Below are positions 1 through 9,387 of a DNA stretch of 55,105 nucleotides, piece by piece (position 1 is the stretch's first letter; every line of letters starts with the position of its first letter). The position numbers were made by a program, and so were the translations under genes. The notes below the pieces were generated by a model that was not told the DNA's origin, did no database searches, and worked only from the letters and a program-made list of their open reading frames with translations. The stretch is from Tubiluchus corallicola (Eukaryota; Animalia; Priapulida): positions 41,354 through 96,458 of the forward strand of contig JAQGDQ010000779.1 of the NCBI GenBank assembly GCA_030141605.1, in the 5' to 3' direction.

Positions 1-71
1 TATATTTGTCATATCAGCACTTGATTCAAATGTTTTATAGTCTATAGATTCCTTTTCTTTATTATAAACAT

Positions 72-2654
72 TTACTTCTCCAATTGTTCTATTCTTTTAA
101 AAAGCTCCTCTGTTTTTGCCGATAGTTCTTGTATAGCTTTTATCATTGGGGCGATGAGTTGGTCGTAGGCAAAGCTCATTTCTTGATGGGTGATGTCGGG
201 GTTGTTCACCTCTGTATCTTTTACCCCCGAAAATTCCATCGGGTCTACGAGCTCTAACATTTCTTGGGCTATTATCCCCCTGTGCCAGCGTTTGCCTGCT
301 TTGCTTCCCTTGGCGTGTTCCTTATCATCGTACACACGTTCGCCTTTTTCATCTGTTTTGAATACTTCTCTTTCCTCTGTCTCTTCTACTCCTTCTCTTT
401 CTTCTCCTTTTACTTTTTCTTTTACCCAGTATCTATCTCTATTGTTGCCTCTCCATTTGCGGGTTTTTATCTGCTTTACAAAGTCCAGTCCCAGCTCATT
501 ATCGGCTATGTCTATCTTATCCCGCTCGTCGGAAGTTACCGCGTTACCACTGCCTAGTCTTACAGTAGTAGTAGAGGTTCCAAGCACCATAGTGTTAGTT
601 TCTGATACGTTTGCATTGTATCCCAGTGCGGTGGATTGGGATCCACTGGCTATTGCAAAGGTTCCCAGTGCGAAGGAATTGCTTTCACTGGATATTGAAT
701 TTTGTCCCAGTGCGGTGGAACTGCTTCCACTGGCTGTTGCTAAGCGTCCCAGTGCGATGGAATTGCTTTCACTGGCTTGCGCACTTCGTCCCAATGCGGT
801 GGAACTGCTTCCACTGGCTGTTGCGAAGTATCCCAGTGCGGTGGAAAATTCACCTTCGGCTTTTGCTCTGTCTCCCAGTGCGGTGGAACTATTTCCACCA
901 ATTATTTGTGCATTGGTGTTGTATCCTAGTGCGATGGAATTAATTCCGTCAGCTGTTGCACCGTTTCCCAGTGCGATGGAATAGGCTCCACTGGCTACTG
1001 AATTGTATCCCAGTGCGGTGGAACTGTCGACACTGGCTTGTGCTAAGCGTCCCAGTGCGGTGGAATTATTGCCATTGGCTTCTGCATTGTATCCCAGTGC
1101 GGTGGAATCTAAACCGTTGGCTTGTGCTAAGCGTCCCAGTGCGGTGGAATTATCGTTACGGGCTATTGCATCTTTTCCCAGTGCGGTGGAACTGTCGCCA
1201 CTGGCTTGTGTATCGCGTCCCAGTGCGGTGGAATTATCGCTACTGGCAGTTGCTCCATTCCCTAGTGCGATAGAATTGGAACCACTGGCAGTTGCAGATT
1301 GTCCCACTGCGGTGGATTTGAGTCCACTGGCGTCTGTGAGGTATCCCAGTGCGGTGGAAAAGTTCATACTGGCTATTGCTCTTCGTCCCAGTGCGGTGGA
1401 ACTGTCGTTACTGGCAGCTGCAAGGCTTCCCACTGCGGTAGAATTGATACCACTGGCGTCTGCACCATTTCCTATTTGCACCTGTTCGGTAGAACTACCC
1501 CTTGTGGCATCCCTCACTGCCTTACTGGTGGCTAAGGTGTTGCTGTCGTCAAGTGTGGGGCTGTCGCTCTTGGGTAGGTTATGCCCTGTTTCTTTGTTTA
1601 CGGCTATCAAACTCCCCGCCCCGTCTGTTTCCACGGTGCTATTGGGGTCAAGGGGTGGAAGCTCGCTTTCTACTGTTATTTTCGCGACAGTACATTTAAA
1701 GTATGCTTGTGTTACATTGTCTCCGCTGGCTTCTACGTAAAAGGATATGTTTTTATTAGGTGCAGTTACTCCATATTCAAAGGATCGCGACACATTGGCG
1801 TTTCCATCGTCTCCACCACCCGAACCCGTTATAAATATTGGTCTATCATCTATCAAGGCACTTGCTTCATCCCTTACCCGTAGAAACAAGTCTCTGTTTG
1901 CTCCGTCTTCATTTACAAAGGATACCTCGTAGCTAATCGTATAATTACCCGCTTCTTTCAGTATAAACTCATCATTGGTTGGGTCTGTTTCTAAAACATC
2001 TGTGTTTTCGCTTGGATTATCGGGGGTATCTATTAGGTTTATCAGCGTTTCTACTTGTGGCACTTCAAACTGTGCGGCTTGCTCCATCCCAGCCTTTACC
2101 TCCTGTGCACTTTCAAGGGCTGTAATACGGCTCGAAAGCGTCTGGTCTTGTTCGTTCAATGTGTTAGTAGCCTTGCTTGTTGCCAGTATGTTGCTGTCAT
2201 CTTCCGCAGGGTCGTCTGTTTTAGCCGTTAATCCCACCAGCTCCCCATTGCTGTTGATGGCTGGCAGCTGTATGCGTGGGTCTTTTGTGGAGCTTATCTC
2301 CAAATTGCCGCCCAGTGTGCCGTCGGTAGCTGCTGTGTAGTCGGTGCGTGTTGGTTTGGTAGATCCGTCTAAGTAGAGCCTATCGTCTGCGGGTGTTTCT
2401 TTGAGCATCAAGGTTATAGGCAGTGTTATGTTAGTAGCCCCTTCGTAGATAGCTATCTTACCCCCTACATAGCATATACCGGGTGCTACATCGTAGTTGC
2501 CACCATTAGGCGTTACTTCCACGCCTCCCAGTATGCAGTCGTCAAGATTGTTGAGCAAGCCTTGTTCCAATGCTTTGTATAGTTCATCTTGTAGTTTTAT
2601 CCAGTCGTCGCCAAACCACCTACGTACACCTGTTTCTAAACTTTGTCTTTTCAT
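72..2654 (-). CDS. Tail fibre/adhesin with about 20 YadA-head (Hep_Hag)-like 14-aa repeats and a C-terminal S74-type intramolecular chaperone
   Basis: Repeats of AxASxxxSTALG; SDERDKxDI...HRGIIAQE...YDQLIAPMIKAIQEL chaperone motif; two fibre motifs DDSN(I/T)LATSKA; lies after the baseplate genes. Confidence 0.85.
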   Translation of the reverse strand: MKRQSLETGVRRWFGDDWIKLQDELYKALEQGLLNNLDDCILGGVEVTPNGGNYDVAPGICYVGGKIAIYEGATNITLPITLMLKETPADDRLYLDGSTKPTRTDYTAATDGTLGGNLEISSTKDPRIQLPAINSNGELVGLTAKTDDPAEDDSNILATSKATNTLNEQDQTLSSRITALESAQEVKAGMEQAAQFEVPQVETLINLIDTPDNPSENTDVLETDPTNDEFILKEAGNYTISYEVSFVNEDGANRDLFLRVRDEASALIDDRPIFITGSGGGDDGNANVSRSFEYGVTAPNKNISFYVEASGDNVTQAYFKCTVAKITVESELPPLDPNSTVETDGAGSLIAVNKETGHNLPKSDSPTLDDSNTLATSKAVRDATRGSSTEQVQIGNGADASGINSTAVGSLAAASNDSSTALGRRAIASMNFSTALGYLTDASGLKSTAVGQSATASGSNSIALGNGATASSDNSTALGRDTQASGDSSTALGKDAIARNDNSTALGRLAQANGLDSTALGYNAEANGNNSTALGRLAQASVDSSTALGYNSVASGAYSIALGNGATADGINSIALGYNTNAQIIGGNSSTALGDRAKAEGEFSTALGYFATASGSSSTALGRSAQASESNSIALGRLATASGSSSTALGQNSISSESNSFALGTFAIASGSQSTALGYNANVSETNTMVLGTSTTTVRLGSGNAVTSDERDKIDIADNELGLDFVKQIKTRKWRGNNRDRYWVKEKVKGEEREGVEETEEREVFKTDEKGERVYDDKEHAKGSKAGKRWHRGIIAQEMLELVDPMEFSGVKDTEVNNPDITHQEMSFAYDQLIAPMIKAIQELSAKTEELFKRIEQLEK
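580..1480 (-). repeat. 42-bp coding tandem repeat (YadA-head-like beta-roll)
   Basis: Core CCCAGTGCGGTGGAA recurs at about 42-nt period, in frame within the fibre gene. Confidence 0.9.
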
Positions 2655-2686
2655 TTTGTTTGAATTTATTTATTATTTATTATTTA

Positions 2687-3262
2687 TTAATAATTAATTT
2701 CTACTATATAGTAGTTTTTCCCTGCTGGTCTATACCTTTCAATCCACGCCCGTATTTCTTCTTCTCGATCCGTTACAGCGGGGTCGTTGGGCAGAGCTAT
2801 GATAAACCTCTCGTTCACTTTGTCGCCTGCATTGGCTCCTATGTATATACCTGCTGTGCCGTTGCTGTCTTCATTTTCAAAACCTGCAAATACGGGTGTA
2901 GGCTCGTTGGCGCTTTCGCTCTCAAAGCCTGTGTATATCTTACTTTCTTGTCGTGCTATGTTGAGTATTCTTATGCGTCGTTGGGCAAAGTCAAAAAGGT
3001 CGTTCAAACTGTTTTGTAAACTAAACTGACTGCCGTTTACATTGGCACGGTAGCGTAGGTACTGCCTGCCCAGTGTAAAGTAGTATTCTTGGTTGGTTTG
3101 GATGTCGCCCGTAGGTTCAAAGTCTATAGCATAGGAATCTGCCCAGTAGGTGGTAAGCCCTTCGTTCAATCCTTCGGCCAAGTTGCCCAGTCGTTCACGG
3201 TTGAAGAGTAAGCCCAAGTATTCCCGTACATATTGCGGTATTTTGTAATTAAAAAATATCAT
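2687..3262 (-). CDS. Putative baseplate wedge protein (P2 gpI / Mu gp48 position)
   Basis: Lies between the J-like gene and the fibre; C-terminal IERYRPAGKNYYI motif typical of these wedge proteins. Confidence 0.55.
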   Translation of the reverse strand: MIFFNYKIPQYVREYLGLLFNRERLGNLAEGLNEGLTTYWADSYAIDFEPTGDIQTNQEYYFTLGRQYLRYRANVNGSQFSLQNSLNDLFDFAQRRIRILNIARQESKIYTGFESESANEPTPVFAGFENEDSNGTAGIYIGANAGDKVNERFIIALPNDPAVTDREEEIRAWIERYRPAGKNYYIVEINY

Positions 3263-4116
3263 TCTTCTACTGTTTTATAAGCCCAGCTATCTATTAATGC
3301 CTGTGTACCCCCCGCGTAAGCAAAGTAGCCGGCAGCTGTCTTGTAGCTCGATTGTTTTATGATAATTTCATCTCCTATGGTTTCTACGATTATCAATATT
3401 TCGGGGATAAAGTCGGTAAATGAAAGAAAGCCCACTACGGCATCGTTTATCCCCTCTACTTCTCGCATAGCATCTATAAAGCTGTTTAGTAGGAAAGTAC
3501 CGCTAAAACTTTCTAAGGAGGTGTTGTCCTGCAAAAAGTCATCTAGTGCCGTTTTCAAGGCTGTTTTTATATTATCCAGTCCAAACTCGCCACGGTAGGT
3601 TATTGTAACTGTAGCATCTAGTAGGTCGGCTTGCTCGCTTCGCAGCAACCAGTCAGAACCTACAGGCAGCGTGTTGTCTAAATAAGCCTCGGCATTGGTT
3701 TTTTCTTGGTCTGTCAGTTTTACTATTTCGCCGTTTTCTATTTTAGCTGCTTTTACTAAGAAAAAGCCCGATTCTTGTTCTTCTACTGCAACACGTTTTA
3801 TTATTTTCTTGCTCTCGTCTATTGTCGCATAGCCAAATATACCTGTTTCACTGTCCCATTCCAGCACATCGCCATTTTGAAACTTTAATAGCGACTGTAT
3901 GGTTTGCAGCTTTGTACCGTATTGGTTGTTAAATAGTAGTGTTTCAATAGTTTGTAGCTCTACTTCTGTCAGTTGCTCAAAGCTATTGGTAGCCGATGCA
4001 AATGCATCAGCCAGTAGTTGGTAGATAGCCGTTGCCGATGTGCTGGTTAGTTCGGGTATCAACACTTGCAGCCTATCTATTATTACTTGTTTTATTTCTT
4101 CTTTTGTACGTGCCAT
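3259..4116 (-). CDS. Baseplate J-like protein
   Basis: MARTxEEIK start, SATAIYQLL, VKAAK and FLLNSFIDAMREVEGI motifs as in Bacteroidota Mu-like baseplate proteins; synteny. Confidence 0.65.
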   Translation of the reverse strand: MARTKEEIKQVIIDRLQVLIPELTSTSATAIYQLLADAFASATNSFEQLTEVELQTIETLLFNNQYGTKLQTIQSLLKFQNGDVLEWDSETGIFGYATIDESKKIIKRVAVEEQESGFFLVKAAKIENGEIVKLTDQEKTNAEAYLDNTLPVGSDWLLRSEQADLLDATVTITYRGEFGLDNIKTALKTALDDFLQDNTSLESFSGTFLLNSFIDAMREVEGINDAVVGFLSFTDFIPEILIIVETIGDEIIIKQSSYKTAAGYFAYAGGTQALIDSWAYKTVEE

Positions 4117-4126
4117 AATTTATTTT

Positions 4127-4360
4127 TTAAAAAGGTTTGGTGGCCAAGGTATTAGGCTCATTATTTAGTACTTTCAAGTTTATTTTACTCAATTCATCCT
4201 TGGACGGTTCAAATTGCAGTTTTTGTCCTTCGTTTAAATCGGCTGGCAACTGCGTTAAATTGTTATTTAAATGATGTTTAAATATTTGCAATTCATTACC
4301 ATAGGCTAATATGGTAGCATCTATCATACTTTGCCTTTTACTCACTATTTGTGTTTCCAT
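4127..4360 (-). CDS. Small LysM-like / tail X-like baseplate protein
   Basis: QSMIDATILAYG...LNEGQKL resembles a degenerate LysM/gpX; position in the baseplate operon. Confidence 0.5.
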   Translation of the reverse strand: METQIVSKRQSMIDATILAYGNELQIFKHHLNNNLTQLPADLNEGQKLQFEPSKDELSKINLKVLNNEPNTLATKPF

Positions 4361-5354
4361 TCTGTTCGTCTTTTTTCTCTTTTTTAATTAATATTCCCAA
4401 CTTCACTTTACGCCGAAACCCCGACCGTCCTAATGTAGTAGTTACTTGTTCTGCACGATACGTTCCTTCTCTATCTGGGTATTTTTCATCCACCACCTCT
4501 ACTGCCGCTCCGTGTTGTACAAAAGGTAGTAAAAAGCCTGTTATTGTACCGGTATAGCCTTCGTATTTCAAGCTGTCCAGTTTTGCCTCTGCGGTGTTTT
4601 TTAGTGTTTCCTTATCTGTTATATTATAGAAAAATAAGCTACGTTGCTCGCCATCTTTGTCGCCTACTTCTTCCTCTATGCGTTCGTTGTTTTTTAATAC
4701 GGCTGTGGCTTTTACTTTGAGTTTAATGTCATCTTCCGTTTGATATTTCAAGTCGTCCGTTACCGTGTTGTTACGTAGGTTGTAAGCTGCTTCGCCCCGT
4801 TGCTCTTTGTAGGCATAGTTTATAAAGAGCTGTGTGCCTTGGGTTATATAGGCCGATAAGCCGTATTTGTCTATAAATTCCTGCACGGTTTGAGCAGCCG
4901 ATACTTTGGTTATTACAAATTTTTCAAACTCTATTTCTGGTACTTCACCTATCAAGTCTATACCCGTGCCGTCCAGTGCGAAGTTCAGTATTTGGCTTAG
5001 CGTTGTGTTTTTAAAGCTTTTGTTCAATGTGTTTCTTCGCAGTAAATAGGTAGCATCTTCGCACTCTACCACAAGCGGAGTAGATAGGTTTATTTTTTTT
5101 ATATATCCTTGGAATTCCAGATTTTCCTCACCATTATAGCCCGCATATACCTTTACTTCATCGCCCACTTTAAACTCTTTAGCAAACTCTACCACTGTAT
5201 TATTGCCTTTTTGTTGCAGCCGTGCTGTGGTGGGGAGCTTTATTGTGCAAGTGTCTGCCAGTTGGTCGTGGCTAGATACAACTACTACCTCGTGTACCCT
5301 GTTCAGTTCAAAGTTGCCTATCTCCAGCCGTATGTTACATATAAAAGTGGCCAT
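4338..5354 (-). CDS. Baseplate hub protein (P2 gpD / Mu gp44-like)
   Basis: LADTCTIKLP, GDEVKVYAGY, EFQGYI, ECEDxxYLL and GYTGTITGFLLP motifs. Confidence 0.8.
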   Translation of the reverse strand: MATFICNIRLEIGNFELNRVHEVVVVSSHDQLADTCTIKLPTTARLQQKGNNTVVEFAKEFKVGDEVKVYAGYNGEENLEFQGYIKKINLSTPLVVECEDATYLLRRNTLNKSFKNTTLSQILNFALDGTGIDLIGEVPEIEFEKFVITKVSAAQTVQEFIDKYGLSAYITQGTQLFINYAYKEQRGEAAYNLRNNTVTDDLKYQTEDDIKLKVKATAVLKNNERIEEEVGDKDGEQRSLFFYNITDKETLKNTAEAKLDSLKYEGYTGTITGFLLPFVQHGAAVEVVDEKYPDREGTYRAEQVTTTLGRSGFRRKVKLGILIKKEKKDEQNGNTNSE

Positions 5355-5647
5355 TACTCGTAACTTGCATTTATCTCTACCTGACCTGTGGATGACACCG
5401 ACAGGTTTTTTATAGTCATACCGTCCCGTTCAAATTCTTTTCTTATAGCAAATTCAAGCCCCCCCTTATCGTTGTTAAGGTAGTCGTCTATACCCACCCC
5501 CACACGTGGAAAAGGGCGTATCTCCCCTTTGCGAGCAAGCAGTAAGAAGGCTTGATGCTGTGCCGTGCCATCCTTTACACTAAAATCCCCTTTGATTATC
5601 TCAAGGTCTGGGGTTTCTGTATTTATATCTACAAATAAGTCCTTCAT
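5354..5647 (-). CDS. gp25/gpW-like baseplate (sheath initiator) protein
   Basis: KGEIRPFPRVGVGI motif; size; synteny. Confidence 0.65.
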   Translation of the reverse strand: MKDLFVDINTETPDLEIIKGDFSVKDGTAQHQAFLLLARKGEIRPFPRVGVGIDDYLNNDKGGLEFAIRKEFERDGMTIKNLSVSSTGQVEINASYE

Positions 5648-5685
5648 AGTTATTAAATCTCTTATCTTATATTTTATTAAATCTC

Positions 5686-6264
5686 TTAATGCTTTACATT
5701 TGTGTTCTCTATTTTCGAAAAATCTTCTTTTATATTCTCTTCATCTCTTATAATTGCCGTCATAAGTGCTTGATAACCTATTCCTCCATCTTGAGGAGTA
5801 ACAATCTCTGGGGTTGTTATAGCATCTTCTAAAGTGTCTACTCTGGCGGAGAGAACACCAAGCTGTGTTACCAGTTCTGGTGTAATAGTAAGCCCTCCAT
5901 TACTGCCTTCGTTCATTTGTATAGTTCCTTCCGCTGCGTTTATGGTTATGCCTTTCTTTTCTTTGGCTATTTTTACGCTGTCTATTTCGCTGTACATAGT
6001 TACGTATAGTTCCTCGCGTTGTCCATCTACCGGGGCTACCAGTACCCAACTATCAATGGCAGGGGTAATTACTATTCCGTTTGTGTTGTTGTCCACTGCT
6101 GCCCGTAGTCTTACGCCAAACAGTTCTATGTCGCTATCATCTACCACGTCTATGGTATCATCATCGTTTATTGCTATTACTTTGCAAGGGTAGCCCATAC
6201 GTGGTACTTGCCTTTGCGAAAAAATCTTAAACTGTTCTTGTAATTCTCTTGTGTTAGTTGCCAT
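5686..6264 (-). CDS. Baseplate central spike protein (gpV / Mu gp45-like)
   Basis: OB-fold-like N-terminus with VRLRA...PAIDSWVLV, followed by a beta-strand-rich region and NEGSNGGL. Confidence 0.65.
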   Translation of the reverse strand: MATNTRELQEQFKIFSQRQVPRMGYPCKVIAINDDDTIDVVDDSDIELFGVRLRAAVDNNTNGIVITPAIDSWVLVAPVDGQREELYVTMYSEIDSVKIAKEKKGITINAAEGTIQMNEGSNGGLTITPELVTQLGVLSARVDTLEDAITTPEIVTPQDGGIGYQALMTAIIRDEENIKEDFSKIENTNVKH

Positions 6265-6323
6265 TTTATTAAAGTTAAAAGTTAAAAACTAAAAGATGAA
6301 GATAGTTTTTATCTATTATCTTA

Positions 6324-7841
6324 TTAAATTTTATTCCTGCCTTTTGTAGCTCCCCCCATTACAGTAGTACCTATGATGCTTGATTTTATCTTGCGTTTCA
6401 ATATATATACAGCCCCTTCTACTGCGTCGGGGCCGTCGTCGTGGCTACGGCTTTTGGGTGATATGCTTTTAAATTGTTCTACCAGTCTTTGCATATGTGG
6501 GTTTTTCTTCTCTTTTTCGTTAAATATGAGTTTACCCGAGCTGTTGAGTGGTTCGAGGCTGCTTTCAATGCGAGCAAATTTATTAGGTTTTTTACGGGTA
6601 TCACCTGTTATATGTAGCGGTCTGTTTTGCTGTACCGATAGTTCGTAGACCTTGTCCTTGACCAAATCTTGCACAAAGTTTGTTTCCATATAAAAGTAGC
6701 AGGCTACACTTGGCGGTACTATATCTTCTATTTGGTACAGCCATTGCAGCATATTAGCCGTAGTGGTTTGTTCTAAGAAGGTTCTTATTACATAGTACTT
6801 GCCATCTTTATAGCCGACCAATACAGTGGCTTTGTAGTCGTTTGTTTTGCTTTCTTTAAAAGAGGGGTCGGTATAGCAGACAAGTGACTTAAAAGTTCTA
6901 AGTGGTGGGATATGCCCCCAATGAACATCTCTGAATACCAACCCTTCTTGTATTGGGTTGTTAAAATACTCTCTTTGTGCAGAAGCATAGCTTATTTTGG
7001 AGAGCATATAGTTAACGTGCGAAAGGCTATAACGCTCCTTCCACGTAGGCTGTCCTTTACTGTCCAGTATGTTTATTTTGTAATGCTTGTCGGCAAATTG
7101 CGTACTTTGTGCCACTACTCCGCTATCGCTTATGCGGTTGCCTGTTATTATAAATCGTTTTGCCCCTTTTACACTCATAGAGGGGAAGAGAGCATCGCTT
7201 ACCCATTTAAACTTTTTAATGCTACGGTCAGGATTGTAAAAGTCTTCGTCGTGGTCTATATCGTCTACCACTATATAGTTGGGTCGTGTCTCCTCGCTGC
7301 GTTTGCCTCGTGGGCTTTGTCCTGCACCAAAAGCATGAAAGGCGTTGCCTTTGTTGGTTGTAAAGTTGCCTGTTTCCCAACCCCTTATTCCTTTTTGTGG
7401 CCCATAGTCGTTGACGATACGCTGGTTGTCTTCTAGGTTTATCATCAGTGGAGTAAGCAAGTCCACAGCATTGTCATAACTATGGCTTGCCAGTATCATA
7501 TTGAGCTTTTCCTTTTTGCCAAACATAAGGTATATTGGCAGGAACAAGCTTGTAATTACGCTCTTGGCGTGTTCTCTCGCCACTTCTAAGGTGATGTATA
7601 GCTTTTTTTCTTCAAGTACTTTATTAATAAATCTTTTTTGGAAGAGTGCAAATTCTGCATCGCAGTAATTTGGAAAGTAAAATTTAAAGAATGTAAGAGG
7701 GTCTTTTTGTAGTTTTTTTATACGTGCCTCTTGTTCTTTTTTGCTTTCTACTGGTACAGGGGTGGCACGTAGTAGGTTACTGCGGTAGTCTACCCAGTCG
7801 TTTATAGCTTGCCGTTTTTGTGTAATTGTTTCTTTTATCAT
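6324..7841 (-). CDS. terL: Terminase large subunit
   Basis: Walker A-like AREHAKS, Walker B YIVVDD, RG motif, nuclease DPS and HDDGPDA motifs. Confidence 0.9.
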   Translation of the reverse strand: MIKETITQKRQAINDWVDYRSNLLRATPVPVESKKEQEARIKKLQKDPLTFFKFYFPNYCDAEFALFQKRFINKVLEEKKLYITLEVAREHAKSVITSLFLPIYLMFGKKEKLNMILASHSYDNAVDLLTPLMINLEDNQRIVNDYGPQKGIRGWETGNFTTNKGNAFHAFGAGQSPRGKRSEETRPNYIVVDDIDHDEDFYNPDRSIKKFKWVSDALFPSMSVKGAKRFIITGNRISDSGVVAQSTQFADKHYKINILDSKGQPTWKERYSLSHVNYMLSKISYASAQREYFNNPIQEGLVFRDVHWGHIPPLRTFKSLVCYTDPSFKESKTNDYKATVLVGYKDGKYYVIRTFLEQTTTANMLQWLYQIEDIVPPSVACYFYMETNFVQDLVKDKVYELSVQQNRPLHITGDTRKKPNKFARIESSLEPLNSSGKLIFNEKEKKNPHMQRLVEQFKSISPKSRSHDDGPDAVEGAVYILKRKIKSSIIGTTVMGGATKGRNKI

Positions 7842-8281
7842 TTTACAAGCGAGTTTAGGTAACTATCGGCATAGCTGCTTATCTCTTTAGCACTTTCCAA
7901 TTCTGCTTTACGCACATAGTCGCAAAAGCCAATCATCACATTTACTGCAGTTGTTACGTTTATTTCCCTTTCTAAGCGTTCAATGGCCGTAGTCAGTTTG
8001 CTTATGCTATCTATATCGCCCGTTTCTGCTTTGCCTTTTTTATCTATTTTTGCCAATAGGTCGTTTAGTAGGTTTTGCATACGTGCTATGTTTTCGGCTT
8101 TAGAGGTTACCATACCAGCCTTGAGCTGTCCCCAGCCTTCACCGCCTTTGTCTTTTGGTTTTACGTATCTGCTTACGGTGCTTTCTGCTAAGCCTGTTTG
8201 TGCTGCTATTTCTTTTTGTGTAATCCCGTTAAGGTATAATGTTTTGGCGTAATCTTTCTTGACTTGTGCTACTCGTTTCAT
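7838..8281 (-). CDS. HTH protein, putative terminase small subunit (DUF1804 / Mu gp27-like)
   Basis: AKTLYLNGITQKEIAAQTGLAESTVSRY helix-turn-helix; directly upstream of and overlapping terL. Confidence 0.7.
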   Translation of the reverse strand: MKRVAQVKKDYAKTLYLNGITQKEIAAQTGLAESTVSRYVKPKDKGGEGWGQLKAGMVTSKAENIARMQNLLNDLLAKIDKKGKAETGDIDSISKLTTAIERLEREINVTTAVNVMIGFCDYVRKAELESAKEISSYADSYLNSLVK

Positions 8282-8297
8282 AGCTTGCTTTTTGTGT

Positions 8298-8386
8298 CAA
8301 AAATAGAATTAGCAGCTCGGTTTTAAAAATAGTATGTAGTTGAAGTACATACTATTTGCACAGGTTTTACCCATCCTCTATTTTTG
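8298..8386. promoter_or_regulatory. Symmetric divergent Bacteroidota promoters flanking a 12-7-12 inverted repeat
   Basis: TATTTTTG (-7 box TAnnTTTG) on + at 8379-8386 with TTTG at 8355-8358, and on - at 8298-8305. Inverted repeat AAATAGTATGTA-N7-TACATACTATTT at 8327-8357. Confidence 0.7.
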
Positions 8387-8416
8387 CAGCACGAAAACAA
8401 GCAGCTATTTAAGTTT

Positions 8417-9364
8417 ATGAAAGCAGCCATACTTAATACCGAGGCAGTAAACCGACACGGTTTTAAAATACTTACAGGTGGTATTAACCTAGAAAATTTT
8501 AAGAAGAACCCCGTAATGTATTACAATCATCTTGATTATCTCTCGCCGGTAGGTAGGTGGGAGAACGTAAGGGTGGAAAACGGGCAATTAATAGCCGATC
8601 CTGTTTTCGATACTCAAGACGACACTGGCAGAGCTGTAAGTAGAAAGTGGGATGAGGGTTTTCTTAATGCTACTAGTGTAGGTATCGTACCGCTGTTAAA
8701 AAAGAATATAGAAGGTATAGAGACGTGGATAGATAGCGAGATTTTGGAAGTATCCATTGTAGATATTCCCTCGAATCCTGAAGCCGTTAAGCTAAAAAAG
8801 GAGAATGAAAGTATCGTAAGGTTAAATTATGTGAATAGTAATATGTTAAATAAGCCCCAAAAAGTAAAAAGAGTAATGGAAAGAGAGAGCTTGCAAGAAA
8901 TAGCTAAGGCATTGGGTTTAGATAGTCAGGTGGCGGAGACAGATATATTGGCAGCTATTGAAGAACTAAAAAACGACGCCGAAAATGCGGTACAGCTCTC
9001 TAAGAAACATATTGAAAAATTGGAACAGCTTAAGAGCGAAATAGCAGGGCAGGAAGCAGCCGAGAAGCAGGAGCTTGTGGACAAAGCAGTAGAACAAGGC
9101 TTTATAAAAGAGATAGATAAAGATACTTATCTGTCATTTGAGAAGTTAGCCCTTGAGAAAGTAATAGGCGACCTTAGATCTAAAGGTAAAGAAAGCAGCT
9201 TGGCTGATTATGTGAGTGAAAAAATAACCACAACTACAGAACTGACCTTTGAGCAACTTTCAAAAACCAACCCCAGAGAGCTAAGCAGGTTAAAACAAGA
9301 GGACCCGCAAGAATACCAAAGGCTTTTTAAAGAGGAGTATGGCACAAAACCACAAAATATATAA
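8417..9364 (+). CDS. Prohead protease / scaffold (HK97-family maturation protease)
   Basis: FKKNPVMYYNH, PVGRW, GFLNATSVG and EVSIVDIPSNP motifs; helical scaffold C-terminus. ATG at 8417 preferred over TTG 8384, which lies inside the promoter. Confidence 0.85.
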   Translation: MKAAILNTEAVNRHGFKILTGGINLENFKKNPVMYYNHLDYLSPVGRWENVRVENGQLIADPVFDTQDDTGRAVSRKWDEGFLNATSVGIVPLLKKNIEGIETWIDSEILEVSIVDIPSNPEAVKLKKENESIVRLNYVNSNMLNKPQKVKRVMERESLQEIAKALGLDSQVAETDILAAIEELKNDAENAVQLSKKHIEKLEQLKSEIAGQEAAEKQELVDKAVEQGFIKEIDKDTYLSFEKLALEKVIGDLRSKGKESSLADYVSEKITTTTELTFEQLSKTNPRELSRLKQEDPQEYQRLFKEEYGTKPQNI

Positions 9365-9387
9365 AATATTTAATAGCTAAAAAAGTT

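Noticed and set aside
580-1480. CRISPR-like constant/variable periodic pattern
   Set aside because: The 42-nt period is in frame within the fibre gene; it is a coding repeat, with no cas genes or leader.
190-2340. Long plus-strand ORFs with PSAVEL / PVRWN repeats
   Set aside because: Antisense shadows of the repetitive fibre gene.
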